Source of the DNA: Phoronis australis
Taxonomy: Eukaryota > Animalia > Phoronida
Direction of reading: 5' to 3'
DNA length: 64,000 bases
Assembly (NCBI GenBank): GCA_002633005.1
Contig: NMRA01000515.1
Coordinates: 1-64,000 of the forward strand
Shown here: one piece after another, positions 52,001 to 64,000 of the stretch
Numbering within the stretch: position 1 is the first letter of the stretch
How the letters are laid out: each line of letters opens with the position of its first letter
Position numbers and translations under genes: made by a program
The notes under the pieces: generated by a model
What the model was told of the DNA's origin: nothing
The model's database searches: none
Seen by the model: only the letters and a program-made list of their open reading frames with translations

Positions 52001-55000
52001 TTCTGTTCACTCAGAAACAATTTATGGTATAAGATTCAAAATTTATTAATAAAGTACGGCTTCATATCTTATTTAAAAATTGATTATTTTGATGTTTCTC
52101 ACTGTGATGTCATCATTGAAGTCCAATAATAATCAAAGCCTAACACAATGTAATCAAGACCTAAAAATCGATTTTATGTTTGCTTTCAATCACATCCATC
52201 ACAAAACTCAAAGATATACATAATTAAGGCAGGTGAATGGAAAAAAATAATTTTGACTTTTTTTACATTTTTATGTTAACCTAATCCTTAATTCTTGATG
52301 TACAGTTAAGCAAAAAAATTAAATTACTCTGAAAATCTTAAGTTGTTTTTTAAAATTATATTTGATAAATCTGTAAATAATTGTATATTACAATCAAAGT
52401 GCTTCAGTTACTCTTATGAGTGGTGGAGATGGGTTCAACCGGTCATATCACATTATTTTTATTTCTTGTTTTTATACTAGCTCTTTTTATGTCATTCCTA
52501 TGTTAGCAATTGTGGAAATAGTTTTATATCCAATGTTTGACAGTAACTGTAAGTTAAAGAATAATGGTATTTTGTTATTTCCAATGTCTTAATATAATGA
52601 GTAAAAATATTTTTAAGTTAAAAAAGTATTATATTTAATTTTGTAGTTAACATTACTAAATGCATGTGTTTGTACTATCGTGATTATTTCAGATGCTTAG
52701 AACAAAAATGGGCACGAGGAGGAAATGCCTGCAATAACTGTACAGTATTGAGGATATTTGATGTTGAGTGTGAATATTTAGGAACTGTCGCCAATAATAC
52801 ATTGTCCAGGTAATTAAATGGGTTTGTGTATTTATGAATGCTAAGGCAGTATGTATTTTACTTATAACTGATTTCATTTAGAAGAACTGTATAAGGCAGC
52901 ACATTGACAAGCTGAGGGTTTATTTACTAACTGTTAGTCATCATAGCTCAGTGGTTTATGAAAAAATAACCATGCTATATTAATTCCTGTCATTGCTAGG
53001 TTTTTCTCAAAAGATGTTATCAGCAACTAGGTTTGAGAGTGGAGGTTATGCAGAAATTGTGTCTTTGTTCCAGATTCTTAACTGAAGACATGGTGAAATT
53101 TGGCATCAAAATTGATAATGTTGTTTATATTGATGGTGCTGACTGTCCATGCTCTACTGTTATTGTTAACAAGGAGTCTGGTTCCAGGACTATTTTACAT
53201 GCCAACAAGTGAGTAACAATATTCTTGTTACCTTATATCGTTCCTGTATTTGCGCATATTTAGGTTCAAGCGGCTATATCTGAAGCTGTGTCTACTACAT
53301 ATTTAAGGCACATGGGCCTATCAGTGTGGAAGATGTGAATAAGACCATGGAACAGTTTTAAAATAACACGTCATTGAAGCTTGAGTTATTTGTTACCAAG
53401 TGATACATTTAGTTAACTGTCGCAATGTGTTTCAGCAAGAAAAAATAACACGGTTGTGTCTTCCATGTTTAAAAATTGGTGAACTATTGAGTATTTGAAA
53501 TCATAATAACTTTAAATGCCACCCAAAGACTTTGATTTGCCGACTACACACACAGACACAGACACACGCAGACACACACAGACACACACACAGACACACA
53601 GACACAGACACACACAGACACAGACACACACAGACACACACNNNNNNNNNNNNNNNNNNNNNNNNNNNNNNNNNNNNNNNNNNNNNNNNNNNNNNNNNNN
53701 NNNNNNNNNNNNNNNNNNNNNNNNNNNNNNNNNNNNNNNNNNNNNNNNNNNNNNNNNNNNNNNNNNNNNNNNNNNNNNNNNNNNNNNNNNNNNNNNNNNN
53801 NNNNNNNNNNNNNNNNNNNNNNNNNNNNNNNNNNNNNNNNNNNNNNNNNNNNNNNNNNNNNNNNNNNNNNNNNNNNNNNNNNNNNNNNNNNNNNNNNNNN
53901 NNNNNNNNNNNNNNNNNNNNNNNNNNNNNNNNNNNNNNNNNNNNNNNNNNNNNNNNNNNNNNNNNNNNNNNNNNNNNNNNNNNNNNNNNNNNNNNNNNNN
54001 NNNNNNNNNNNNNNNNNNNNNNNNNNNNNNNNNNNNNNNNNNNNNNNNNNNNNNNNNNNNNNNNNNNNNNNNNNNNNNNNNNNNNNNNNNNNNNNNNNNN
54101 NNNNNNNNNNNNNNNNNNNNNNNNNNNNNNNNNNNNNNNNNNNNCTTGTAAGCAATGGGTACTGCAATTGAGTGTATATGTCAGGGTAGCTTGTAAGCAA
54201 TGGGTACTGCAATTGAGTGTATATGTCAGGGTAGCTTGTAAGCAATGGGTACTGCAATTGAGTGTATATGTCAGGGTAGCCAGCCATCTAGCTGTATGAA
54301 GACGATCTTCAAAATACATCTAGGAATGAATATACATGTAAATTTTATAACTGCTTTGGTAGTTCTGCTTATCACCCTGGCATGAAACTTGTATTAATAT
54401 GTAAAGCTAACGACTGCACAATCTGGGGTCAACTAACACTGTGCCCGTTACTTTACAGGTAAAGTGAAAAATAATCTAATGAACATCATTTTCTTGCATC
54501 ATTCTCTGGCTTTTGTAACCGAAAAAAGTCTCTTGTCGACTTGAAAACAGAACGCTTATGACATGCAGATGCTTCATTTGCTCATTTTTGTGGCATCTTT
54601 TGAGAGATGATGACAACTTGATCATTTGGGAATTCAGTGAAGGTACTTACCCCCTGTCAAAACGCCACCTATATGTAGCTTACATTGAATTGTGTCATAG
54701 CAGTGGCCGCCCAGGAAATTTTTCTGTTTTTCCTCTAAAAATCAAGCATTTTCCTTGATTCCTGAAGTATTATCCAAGAAAAAAGGCAAAAAAAGGAGAA
54801 CGTGTCAAACAGGAAAACTGCAAAATACCAGAGACTCGAACTCACAACCTGGTGAATAGAGCGCGCATGCTTTACCACTACACCACCACGACTTAACTAC
54901 TGATCGTATAAGAAGAGACCTACTTGTTTATGGTCCACAACGTTTGCGCGCGAAACCTACTTCTTTTTGTAATGCTTATTACACGTTTTATATTTTGTGC

Positions 55001-58000
55001 AATTGGTTCTTAACAAATTTGTTGTATTTAAAATAGCCTTCAAATGCCCAAAAGGCCAAATCCGTTTTTCGTGCACTGAAGTAAATTTTCTTCATTGCAC
55101 AGTGGAGCAGACGACGGAAACGGAGTCGTAGTGCGCAGCGCCACTGCCGGTGGCCTGGGATATCGCGGGAGAGCCTATACTTAACCATAGTTCCGTTACG
55201 AATAAGCCGTGTTCCGAATTTGACACTTGAAATTGGATCTGAGCCCCCCCCCCAAACACTAAAACTGCACACATTTAAATGTTGTTTCATCCGTATAATT
55301 TTAATTACGGGGGTTAATTAATAAACTCAACATTTCCCTACGCTCTTGCTGTTTTATTTTTTTTGCGGCAGCCAAGGGGGGGGCCCCCCCTAAGTCCGTC
55401 TATGCATATGTAAGGGTCTGCACAAACAAGGATGTTTGAGCTGAGCTGGCTGCTTCAAGTAAAGGATATCTGAGCTGACAGCTCAAGGTGTGAAAATTGA
55501 CAATAGAATAAATTAGCCATTAGTGATGTGAGCTGACATTATTAACTGCCCCTTTCACAATACCTCATTGTACTTTGCAAATTGATGTTTACAAGAGCGT
55601 CTGTCATCAAGAACACTGTTTATCAGTAATGCAGATGTAAAGTCCTATTGTGTTGAGCAGATCACTGACTTACCAATTAGCTATGACTTTATGGCAATAA
55701 AAATGTAGCTAAAATAAATGGATATATCATGCATTTGTAGAAATGTTTGGCTTCTGACTTTGCATTAGTAATGACTAGTTATGTGAGGATCATTTTTACC
55801 CAAAAAAATACAAACAAAATCAAACCAAAATAAATGCGTTAGGTTCCGGTTCTCTGGTACCAGTTTCTGCATCTCTTGGAACCATGGTAGGTAGGCTGTG
55901 AATCTTGATGCTAGACAAAAAACCATTGAAACATTTTTAAAACAATAGATTAGATGTCTGGATTTAACCTCAATTTGGAAACAGCTGTGGTCTGGAGTGA
56001 GCTATTGCCATGAGCTATCAGCCGCTTGAGTCATTTACAGTGGCTCAAAGTTCTTCATCTTCTCTACAGGTTACTTTTATGACCTTCAATATAACATCAC
56101 TACTGCTTAAGATTTACTTGAAAACTACTCCTAGAAAAGGCTATTGAATGAACACAGTTGTAAAGACAGCTTCCATTAGGCAGCAAAGCTGTTTAGAGTA
56201 ATTACATTAATAGGCAAATCTTACACTAACAGGATTTGTGTGCAAGTGAATGAGAAAGCATGCACTGTTCACCCCAGAGTATCCAATGAATTCCTTGGCA
56301 CATCAAAGTCTTGATGGCGCAGTCATAGATTAAAGTGAGCTTGTCAATATTCATGGGCTTTGCTGAACGTATATTGATGGAGATAATTGCTGCCGTAAAC
56401 AACGCGCTGGTTTAGCATGATAGTTTAAAATAAAAAAAAACAAACAATAAGCAAAGCAAACCATCAACATGACTTTTTAAAATTTAAATGTAAGTATTGG
56501 TCATCTTTGAATTTTTAAAATCAATGCATTACAAGAAAAATTAGCTGTAAGATTTCTTCAGCAGTGAGGCTAAGCCATGCATGTTAATTTGTAATTCAAT
56601 TAGGATGAGTTAGTCACAGTCTGGCTTAAGCTTGCTTTTGTGTTGGGGTAGCAAAACCCTAAATGTTTGCGTAGGAGTTGCCTCATGTACATGTTTATTG
56701 TTGACAATTATATCAGATTGTGTAAATGGAACCATACACTGTGTTTTGTTCATTTTCAGGGACGGTATGAGATACAAGAGACTCGAGAAATGTTGAAGAG
56801 TATAGATGAATATAACAACCAAGTAGATGATGAAAAGCAAAGAATCAAAACATCAGTGGAGGTGGAGAAGTGTAGAAGTGAGCTAGGTGGGTCTTGTATT
56901 AGAGTTTTAGTAATAGTGGCACAAAAGGAATTCAAAGAGAGTACTAAAAATGAGATTTTCTTTCTCATTTGTCATGATCTATTCTCTTCATTTCTCATCT
57001 TCTTCATTTTGTGTGTTTGAATGTCTATGAAACTTACTCTGCTATCGCTGCTTGATTTGTAGTTGCCAAAATGGACCATCTTGGAGATAAGTTTTTAACT
57101 TTTTGGTATCATCCATGATTTTTAGTAAATTTACATTTTATCCACTTTGAATTCTTATTTCTGGTCTGTTCATTTACAGGAGACTTGATTGGTTCAGCCT
57201 CTTATGTGTTCATCAGTAAAGATTTTGCCAAGTTTTCTGGATACCATACCAAAGAGGAAGCTGTGGAGAAATTGTCGTGTAAACTGAAAGAAGGGTGAGA
57301 CCTCTCAATGTAGTTGCAAGTCGGTCTTTGGCCTATGTCATGATGATGCATACTTTTTATATTTGTGCAAATTTAACTGTTTGGGAGAATTTGAGTATGA
57401 GAAGGGATAGTCTGCCACCGCAGGCTCCAGTTGGGCTGTTGTTTATGAAATGGGTCTTAGATTTGTAACCATTGATCCGTGACTCAAGAACATTTCATAA
57501 TTCAGCCCTCGGCTTTTGTCACGGCCAGTCAGAGGACACTGTAAACTTCTAAAAGCCAAACTATGTTGTTTTGAACACCTAGGAGGTGGGGGTACTCTCA
57601 TAGAACACTTTGGTACAGGGAGAACTGCACCTTAGTTATATATTTTGATGGTTCAGGTATTGCCCATTTTCTTCTTAAGTTTCGTTGCTATCAATACCGT
57701 AATTTTTTTTTTAGTTAAAACTCCTCGACACCTTGGGTCATGCAGCAGTAATGTCATCTGGTGTTCAAACAAATTACTACTTTGCTCCCTGCTGGACTTT
57801 CTTGCATCCAAATTGCTTTGGAGACTTAAAGGTGAAGGCAACCCTTTTTCATGTCATTTTTAGCAAAAATAAGGTTCATTGATTATCCCAGACATATTTT
57901 TCAGTTAATTAAAGCCTTTTGTAATTTAAACATTACTTGTTCTCTACTCCGGAAGGGAGGCAAGAATTTCGCACCAATTTCTTTTTATACAGTCTGACTG

Positions 58001-59524
58001 TGAGAGCTGCTGAGTCAGTCATTGTTCTATCTGGGTTGTGATAAGTTTGGTCGTCGTTTGCTTTTGTTTACGAGTCAGTCAACATGCCACACTGTTAGCC
58101 TACTGCGTACCAGGATGTACTCATTATCGTCTCACAGACAGAGGAACAACTGTCCCACTTGCCCGAGTGTCCCGCGACACACTCCCAATGGATAGTGACC
58201 TGAGCACACAAACTGCTGACACCCGCTATGTGACTCCCTCGCCACACACCTGGCACCTTCTAATAGGTCCAATACTTTAGACAAGTCCACAATAAACTTT
58301 CAAAGTTTGGCTCACCGATCTGTTCATTGAACGACGAACTGTCCTCTTAACTAGGTGTCGAACTGGGCCTGTATTCACTTTTACTACTCAACATCGCAGC
58401 AGGGCTGCTTACAGGCTCTGGGCGATAATGAGTACATCCCGGTATGCAGCAACAGTTTGGCATGTTGACTGACTCGTGAACAAAAGCAAACGATGACCGA
58501 ACTTATCACAACCGAGGTAGATCAATGACTGACTCAACAGCTCTCACATTCAGACTATATGAAAGGAAATTGGCGTGAAATTCTTGCACAACGTCAGTTC
58601 CTGAGCAGAGAATGAATATTTAATGAAATTATGAAAAGCTGTAATTAAGTGAAAAATATTTCTGGGATAATCAACGAATCTTATTTTTGCTTAAAATGAC
58701 ATGAAAAAAGATTGCCTTCGCCTTTAAGCGCATCTTTGACACCATTTTCTTTTACGCCATAGTTAAAGCCCAGTGCACTGTTATCGTTGATAACCATCGT
58801 CTTGGTTCATGTTTTGAAGTGGAACTCATTGTTTTGGTTGTTAATACAGTGAAATTTGCATTGTTCCTAATTACACATGATAACACTATAATAACACTAT
58901 GAACCCAATGGAGCTCAACTGTTGCATTGTTCCTAATTATGCATGATAACACTATAATAACACTATGAACCCAATGGAGCTCAACTGTTGCATTGTTCCT
59001 AACTATGCATGATAACACTATAATAACACTATGAACACAATGGAGCTCAACTGTTGCATTGTTCCTAACTATGCATGATAACACTATAATAACACTATGA
59101 ACACAATGGAGCTCAACTGTTGCTTTGTCCATGGCAGTACATTAACTGCCTCCAATTTGATTTGTTTTACTTTGGTTTGGTCCAGTTTTTTTCTAGGTGT
59201 TGATTATGAAGCTTTTATTTTATTTAAGAAATCACCAACATTGAGTCTGATGTACTATTTTGTAGTTCTACACTCATATGTGCTTGGGGTGAAGACGGTG
59301 CTGCTGCTAAATCCACTGGGTCTCAGACTATAGTTGTACCTGCCTACCCTCCGAAGTGTGTGGTTGATACCCTTGGAGCTGGTGATACATTTGTGGCTGC
59401 AACCATATTTGCACTGAGTAGGGGTGATGGGTTGAAAGATGCTATTGATTTTGGCTGTAAAGTTGCTGGGGCTAAGGTGGGCATGAGAGGCTTTGAAGGA
59501 CTTAGAGATTTTGTTGGTAGTTAG
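49037..59524 (+). CDS. KHK: Ketohexokinase (fructokinase, PfkB family); exon 4 not visible, probably in the N gap
   Basis: Exons: 49037-49125 ([29 protein letters not shown]); 52693-52809 ([19 protein letters not shown]...); 53074-53208 (...[18 protein letters not shown]); one missing phase 2->0 exon; 56760-56886 (GRYE...KTSVEVEK); 57180-57294 ([10 protein letters not shown]); 59266-59524 (ICAWGEDGA...[11 protein letters not shown]). Confidence 0.92.
49573..50786 (+). mobile_element. HINE copy nested inside an older copy of the same family (~49395-51300), in KHK intron 1
   Basis: 5' end ttttATGCGCCCACATgtttatATGTGGGCGCAT; 3' end gggggcgcatttcaacactctgcgttgcttttgtt. The flanks rejoin as the monomer ...ctagtggtaatttcattt|tacgtttgcctctg. 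Confidence 0.75.
53546..53641. repeat. (CA)n/(CAGACA)n microsatellite running into the gap
   Basis: acacacagacacagacacac... Confidence 0.95.
53642..54144. other. Assembly gap
   Basis: Run of N. Confidence 1.
54145..54279. repeat. 45-bp minisatellite x3, abutting the gap
   Basis: cttgtaagcaatgggtactgcaattgagtgtatatgtcagggtag repeated. Confidence 0.95.
54828..54892 (-). mobile_element. tRNA-derived (SINE-head-like) segment; weaker similar heads near 5262-5330 and 47300-47370
   Basis: The minus strand has A box TGGTGTAGTGG and B box GTTCGAGTC, but no proper anticodon arm. Confidence 0.5.
57830..58723. mobile_element. Kolobok-like foldback MITE in the last KHK intron
   Basis: TTAA-AGGTGAAGGCAA ... 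TTGCCTTCGCCT-TTAA, with ~300-bp inverted arms. Confidence 0.8.
58856..59123. repeat. 66-bp minisatellite x4
   Basis: ttgcattgttcctaattatgcatgataacactataataacactatgaacccaatggagctcaactg repeated. Confidence 0.95.
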
Positions 59525-59704
59525 CAAAGGATAAAATGTGATCTTCTTAAAAATATGATCCTCTTACAATATGTTGCTAAGGGTCTTAAATTATTTGGTA
59601 ATGAACATAATTTGTGACTTAACTATAGATTGTTATAAGTTAAATTCAAAATCTACAGATTTTCTACTTTCAGAAAACTTCATATCATACCTTCATAGAT
59701 ATTT

Positions 59705-59904
59705 GGCACAATGCGCAGACATGTCAATAAGGTCCTATATAACCTTAATAATTTGGCACAATGCGCAGACATGTCAATAAGGTCCTATATAACCTTAATA
59801 ATTTGGCACAATGCGCAGACATGTCAGTAAGGTCCTATATAACCTTAATAATTTGGCACAATGCGCAGACATGTCAGTAAGGTCCTATATAACCTTAATA
59901 ATTT
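59705..59904. repeat. 50-bp tandem repeat x4 in the KHK 3' UTR (copy 2)
   Basis: Same unit as 691-844. Confidence 0.95.
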
Positions 59905-60769
59905 TTTGCTAATTACTCCTCAGTATCATTGTATGCAAAACCACTGATAACCATTGTGTAGTAATCCAAAGAGTCATTAAATGCATTTAATATAACTTTG
60001 ACAGGGAAATCGTGACCAAATTCCACCAATCATGCCTAAGAAGTTAAGCACTAAGCTGTGCAGTGGGTGATGTCAGTGACAGTTGAGTACTTAGACTATA
60101 GCCGGGACCCCCTATCATACTACACTGTGAGAAGTACGAAGATTGTTGACAAAATCTTATTTAATTGGCGTAAATTTTAATTAGGTAAGCTAACATGTTA
60201 AGCAAACACTGAAAATCTATGGTGTACTGAAGCAAAAATAAGGAAGAAGAGAAAGCCAGGTTTATACCTCACTGGACTTGTCTTTTGGTATGGGACATAA
60301 AATAATTGTTACATGTTCTTGGCTGTTACTTCTTTCATCTAGATCCTTCATGGATGATAGTCCCTGCGAATCCTCACAGAGTCTGGATACGGGAAATAAT
60401 GGCCTCGTCATGTAGTAATATGTATTCCTCAAACAATGTGCTAGGAAATGTTTCAAATTTTCCTTATTTTATGCATTTATGATTTTGTTTTGTTGGCATA
60501 CCACGTGTCTGTTTTCTTTTGCATTGTTCTGATAATTGGATCTCCAAATAAATTTTTTTGATTTATGACCCACTGTACTCAAGTACACCCTCGTTTGGAA
60601 TTTCATAATACAGTGTTGGTGACGAGGTCATTTGGAATGTTGCAAAACATAAATGTTTTCTTAGTTACTTATTCACTTTAATTATTTTTGACAAAGATAT
60701 TTTTGTACAAAGTTAAGGATAATTTATTATATTTTTACTGCAAGTTTTATAAATATCATAGAATATGGA

Positions 60770-61860
60770 TGTGACTGCATATACCGTATATGCAGTCATC
60801 CACGTCAGTTTGTCTGTCCCGACCTTTATCCATCCGACTGCTGTATCTTCAAGATATTCATGAAATTTTGCAGGCATGTTTTCTATCATGCATGGGATGG
60901 CACAAGCAACTTTTTAGACAAATCCGACTACTGCTGGTGTAATGTGCTCCTGTAGTGTGACCCTGTAGTGTGACCCTGTAGTGTGTCCCCTATTGGAAAT
61001 GTTTAGACAGATCCAACTACTGCTGCTGCTGCGCCCCCTATTGGAAATTTTATTTTCTACGTTTCTCTCTGTCTAGTCAGAACTCATTGATGAATTTTAA
61101 TGAAATTTAGAAAATAGTACCTATTAAGGGGACACTATTGATTTTAAGGCCAAAAAACAGATTATATTTAGATAGGATGCTTCTTATAAACCCCTTGAAG
61201 GATCTTTGTATTTCTTAGAATTTAACAACAGAAGACGACTCATAAAGATCCATCTACCAGTGTTCACTCTAGTGGTAATTTATTCTCTGTATGGTGCCAT
61301 CTTTATTTTCAGATACATTCAATGTATTCTGCGGCACATTATGGCCATTTTTGCTGTTTTTGAGTCTATAGTGTTTTTGGGGTCTTCCTGTGTATCTGCT
61401 AAACCATTTTAAAGAATCATTATCAAAATAATCAGATATGGTCCTTGTAAGAAGATCAAGGCTAATATTAATTATTGCCATTCTCTTATATCAGTTTTGT
61501 GTTTTTGTATCCGTGGATATTTTTCCTAAACCCCTTGCTGGGTCTTGGTTAAGTTTTGCTAGTGTGTTTCTGTGATGATGAATTTCACATAGATCAGATC
61601 ACTGCTGGGCCCACTAGTGGCAATTGCGTTCACGTTTTCCTCTGTGTATCCGCATTTCCTTTACAGATTTTCATGAAATTGTGTAAAATTGGTTTATATT
61701 AAGGAGATGATGACACTTTCTCATTTTCTGATGGATTTGTCACTTTCAGTCTGGTTTTTGGCATCCACCTCTCTGTAACCCAAACCACTCAAAGGATCAT
61801 TGTGAAAATTAACAGTGCTGAAAAGACTGCAACTGATGCCCCCTAGTGACAATTTTGCCT
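60770..61860 (+). mobile_element. Old, diverged HINE-family copy
   Basis: 5' hairpin tgactgcatataccgtatatgcagtca, gtctgtcc motif, and gccccctattgg/gccccctagtg monomers. Confidence 0.55.
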
Positions 61861-63519
61861 GTGTCTTCAGGTTATGTAGGACCCTTGAAAAATGGCCTCC
61901 AAGTTTGCAAATTTCTGAACATCATATGTCAGAAATGGCCGACTCTTGATTCACATGAAAGTTATTAGTATTGCTTCCTTTGGTGAGAATGTTTAGGATA
62001 GTTGAATCTGCACTGTGATTCACATGGTGGGCACATATCAACGCTTTGCTGTGCTCTTGTTATAACACATCTGTGTAAGTTCTTGTGCAATAATTTTAAT
62101 ATGCGCTTCTTACGAACTGTCACATTCATGGACAAGAAAGTTTTATGCTTAATTAACTTTATGTATTACCAGGTATATTGTTGTAAACCACACATGAATT
62201 GTACCGAAAAAAAAACAAATTGGTAACAAATAAAGTAAGCCATGCTGCTGAAGATTCCACGATTTTGTCCAGTGAGTAGGACAGTTTGGTGGTTACGATT
62301 CTTCTATTACTGCAATGTAAATGTGACCCAGCAAAAGGCTCTGTATCCCCCTTCCTCGATAGGTGCCGAGTCAGAGCAGGGATGGCTGGGCATCCATATG
62401 TGTGTGCAGTGAAGACTTGGTCATAGATACAATTACCTTCAACTGCACATTGGAATGGCTAGTATGAGCATATTACTATTGAGTAAGAGGTAGGATAACA
62501 TGATTGTAACCAAGCTTGCAGATCATCAGGCATGAGTCATGTTGCTATCTGCTCTGTACTGATTATCAATAAAATGCAAGTGTTACATGATAAGATTATC
62601 CTTTGACTGTTTCTCAGAAAGTAGTACAATTATTAGATTTGTTGAAATTGATGTAGATATAATGACCAGTTGTGTTGATTTTAATTTTGTTATTCAGTTT
62701 CCCAAATATAATCAGTGGCATTAATGACAATAAAACTCTGCCGCATTTATATCAGTAATAATTTTGTTTTATCAACAATCTCGCTGAAAGCATCTAACAA
62801 AGCAGGGAGATGTAATTACTTCAATAGGGATTTACTTAATACGTAAATTAAGTAGGAAGTTGTAAAGAAGCTTATTAAATACAATAAAAATTCCTGGATT
62901 TTACAGCGCCGGGGGGGGGGGGGGAGTGGACAATGAGACTTGTGGCGATCGTGGCCAAGATTTAGACATTTTCATTGTGTTAATAATGAGTATATAAGTG
63001 GTATCAATGTCTAAAATTGTGGAAGTGTTTGTGAAAGAAAAAAATATTCACGGTTTCTAACTGAATCACCTCTTGTTGTGAATCCGAGAAGGTTCCAGTG
63101 TTCGACAGTGCGGCATATTTTGTTCAAATGTGTTGTATTTTCGGAAGATCTTCCTTACATACAAACTGGGCTTGTTTGCAGGAAATTCCGGTACACAAGT
63201 TGCGCGCAAAACTAACATTGGTAAGCTTTATTTTTAAGTATCTTCATTTGGCACGCCTTGCTTTCCCTGGGGGCGACGGTTGTTAAGCGGCATTGTGGTG
63301 TGCAACAAATTTTAAAACAATCTGTGCGCGTATACAAATTTCTTTTACACAGATTGTCATTGTGATGTGTAATAAAAATCGACCACCGCAGTAGTTTTGC
63401 ATTTTGCAACCTCACTAAATGTTTTTCTTGAACCGCATTCAATGCGGTTCAAGAAAAACATTTAGTGATAAGATGCTTTCCAAGTTGGAAAGCATCTTAT
63501 CACACCATACACATGGCTC

Positions 63520-63606
63520 GCCTGTGGACAACTATTATCCCGTTTACGTCTGTGGACAACTATTGTCCCGTTTACGCCTGTGAACAACTATTATCCCGTT
63601 TACGCA
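63520..63606. repeat. 29-bp tandem repeat x3
   Basis: cctgtggacaactattatcccgtttacg variants. Confidence 0.85.
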
Positions 63607-64000
63607 GCAGGACTTCTACGAACGAATGTTATCAGTTTAGCGATATGATCGTGTTTCGAAAACTGATGTTTTCAATGGTGTTTTACGTTTATCTTTTGTG
63701 TTTGCTTGTAAAACGCGAATGGGAAGCGCCCGTTCTGGCATTGTGGGAACGCACTCGGCATGAGTAGTCGTCAGTGTGACGCTCCGCTTATGAACCCGCA
63801 ATGTGCTCTGTTTACTTGTTTTTGAATGTTTATAATGAAAAACACCATAAGAGTTAAGCTAAGAAACCGTTAGAAAGCATTATATCTGGGCGTTAAAATA
63901 TTACACACACGCACGCACGCACTCTCTCACACACACATCAGTATACACAGATGAATGTACATACTTACACAATCACGACAACAATTTCAATGGTATATAC

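Noticed and set aside
53501-54319. Long ORFs spanning the second gap
   Set aside because: Artefacts of N runs, the microsatellite and the 45-bp repeat.
54828-54892. Functional tRNA gene
   Set aside because: Only A and B boxes are present; the cloverleaf and acceptor stem are not intact.
58752-59132. 126-aa repetitive ORF
   Set aside because: It is the translation of the 66-bp intronic minisatellite.

Overview
Eukaryotic, intron-rich, AT-rich genomic DNA from an invertebrate animal; the repeat content and gene set suggest a mollusc or other lophotrochozoan (inference). There are two assembly gaps (N 1815-2562 and 53642-54144). I spliced four genes by hand. ARL16 (+, 4452-13900) has 5 exons and a U12-type first intron. 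A secreted/membrane EGF(EB)-like + zona pellucida (ZP) domain gene (-, 15782-24157) has an unresolved start exon. NDUFV1 (-, 36890-46107) has 12 exons and one GC-AG intron. Ketohexokinase KHK (+, 49037-59524) is head-to-head with NDUFV1, and its exon 4 is probably in the gap. A near-identical second copy of the KHK last exon and flanks sits at 1-844. The rest is mostly non-autonomous DNA transposons and minisatellites: Helentron-type HINEs with ~147-bp-periodic CTCF-like motifs, MITEs resembling P, hAT, Kolobok and Tc1/mariner, and a decayed ISL2EU/Harbinger-like element. Most ORFs in the supplied track are spurious. I found no prokaryotic-type system and no clearly novel system; the best leads are transposon-gene interactions.
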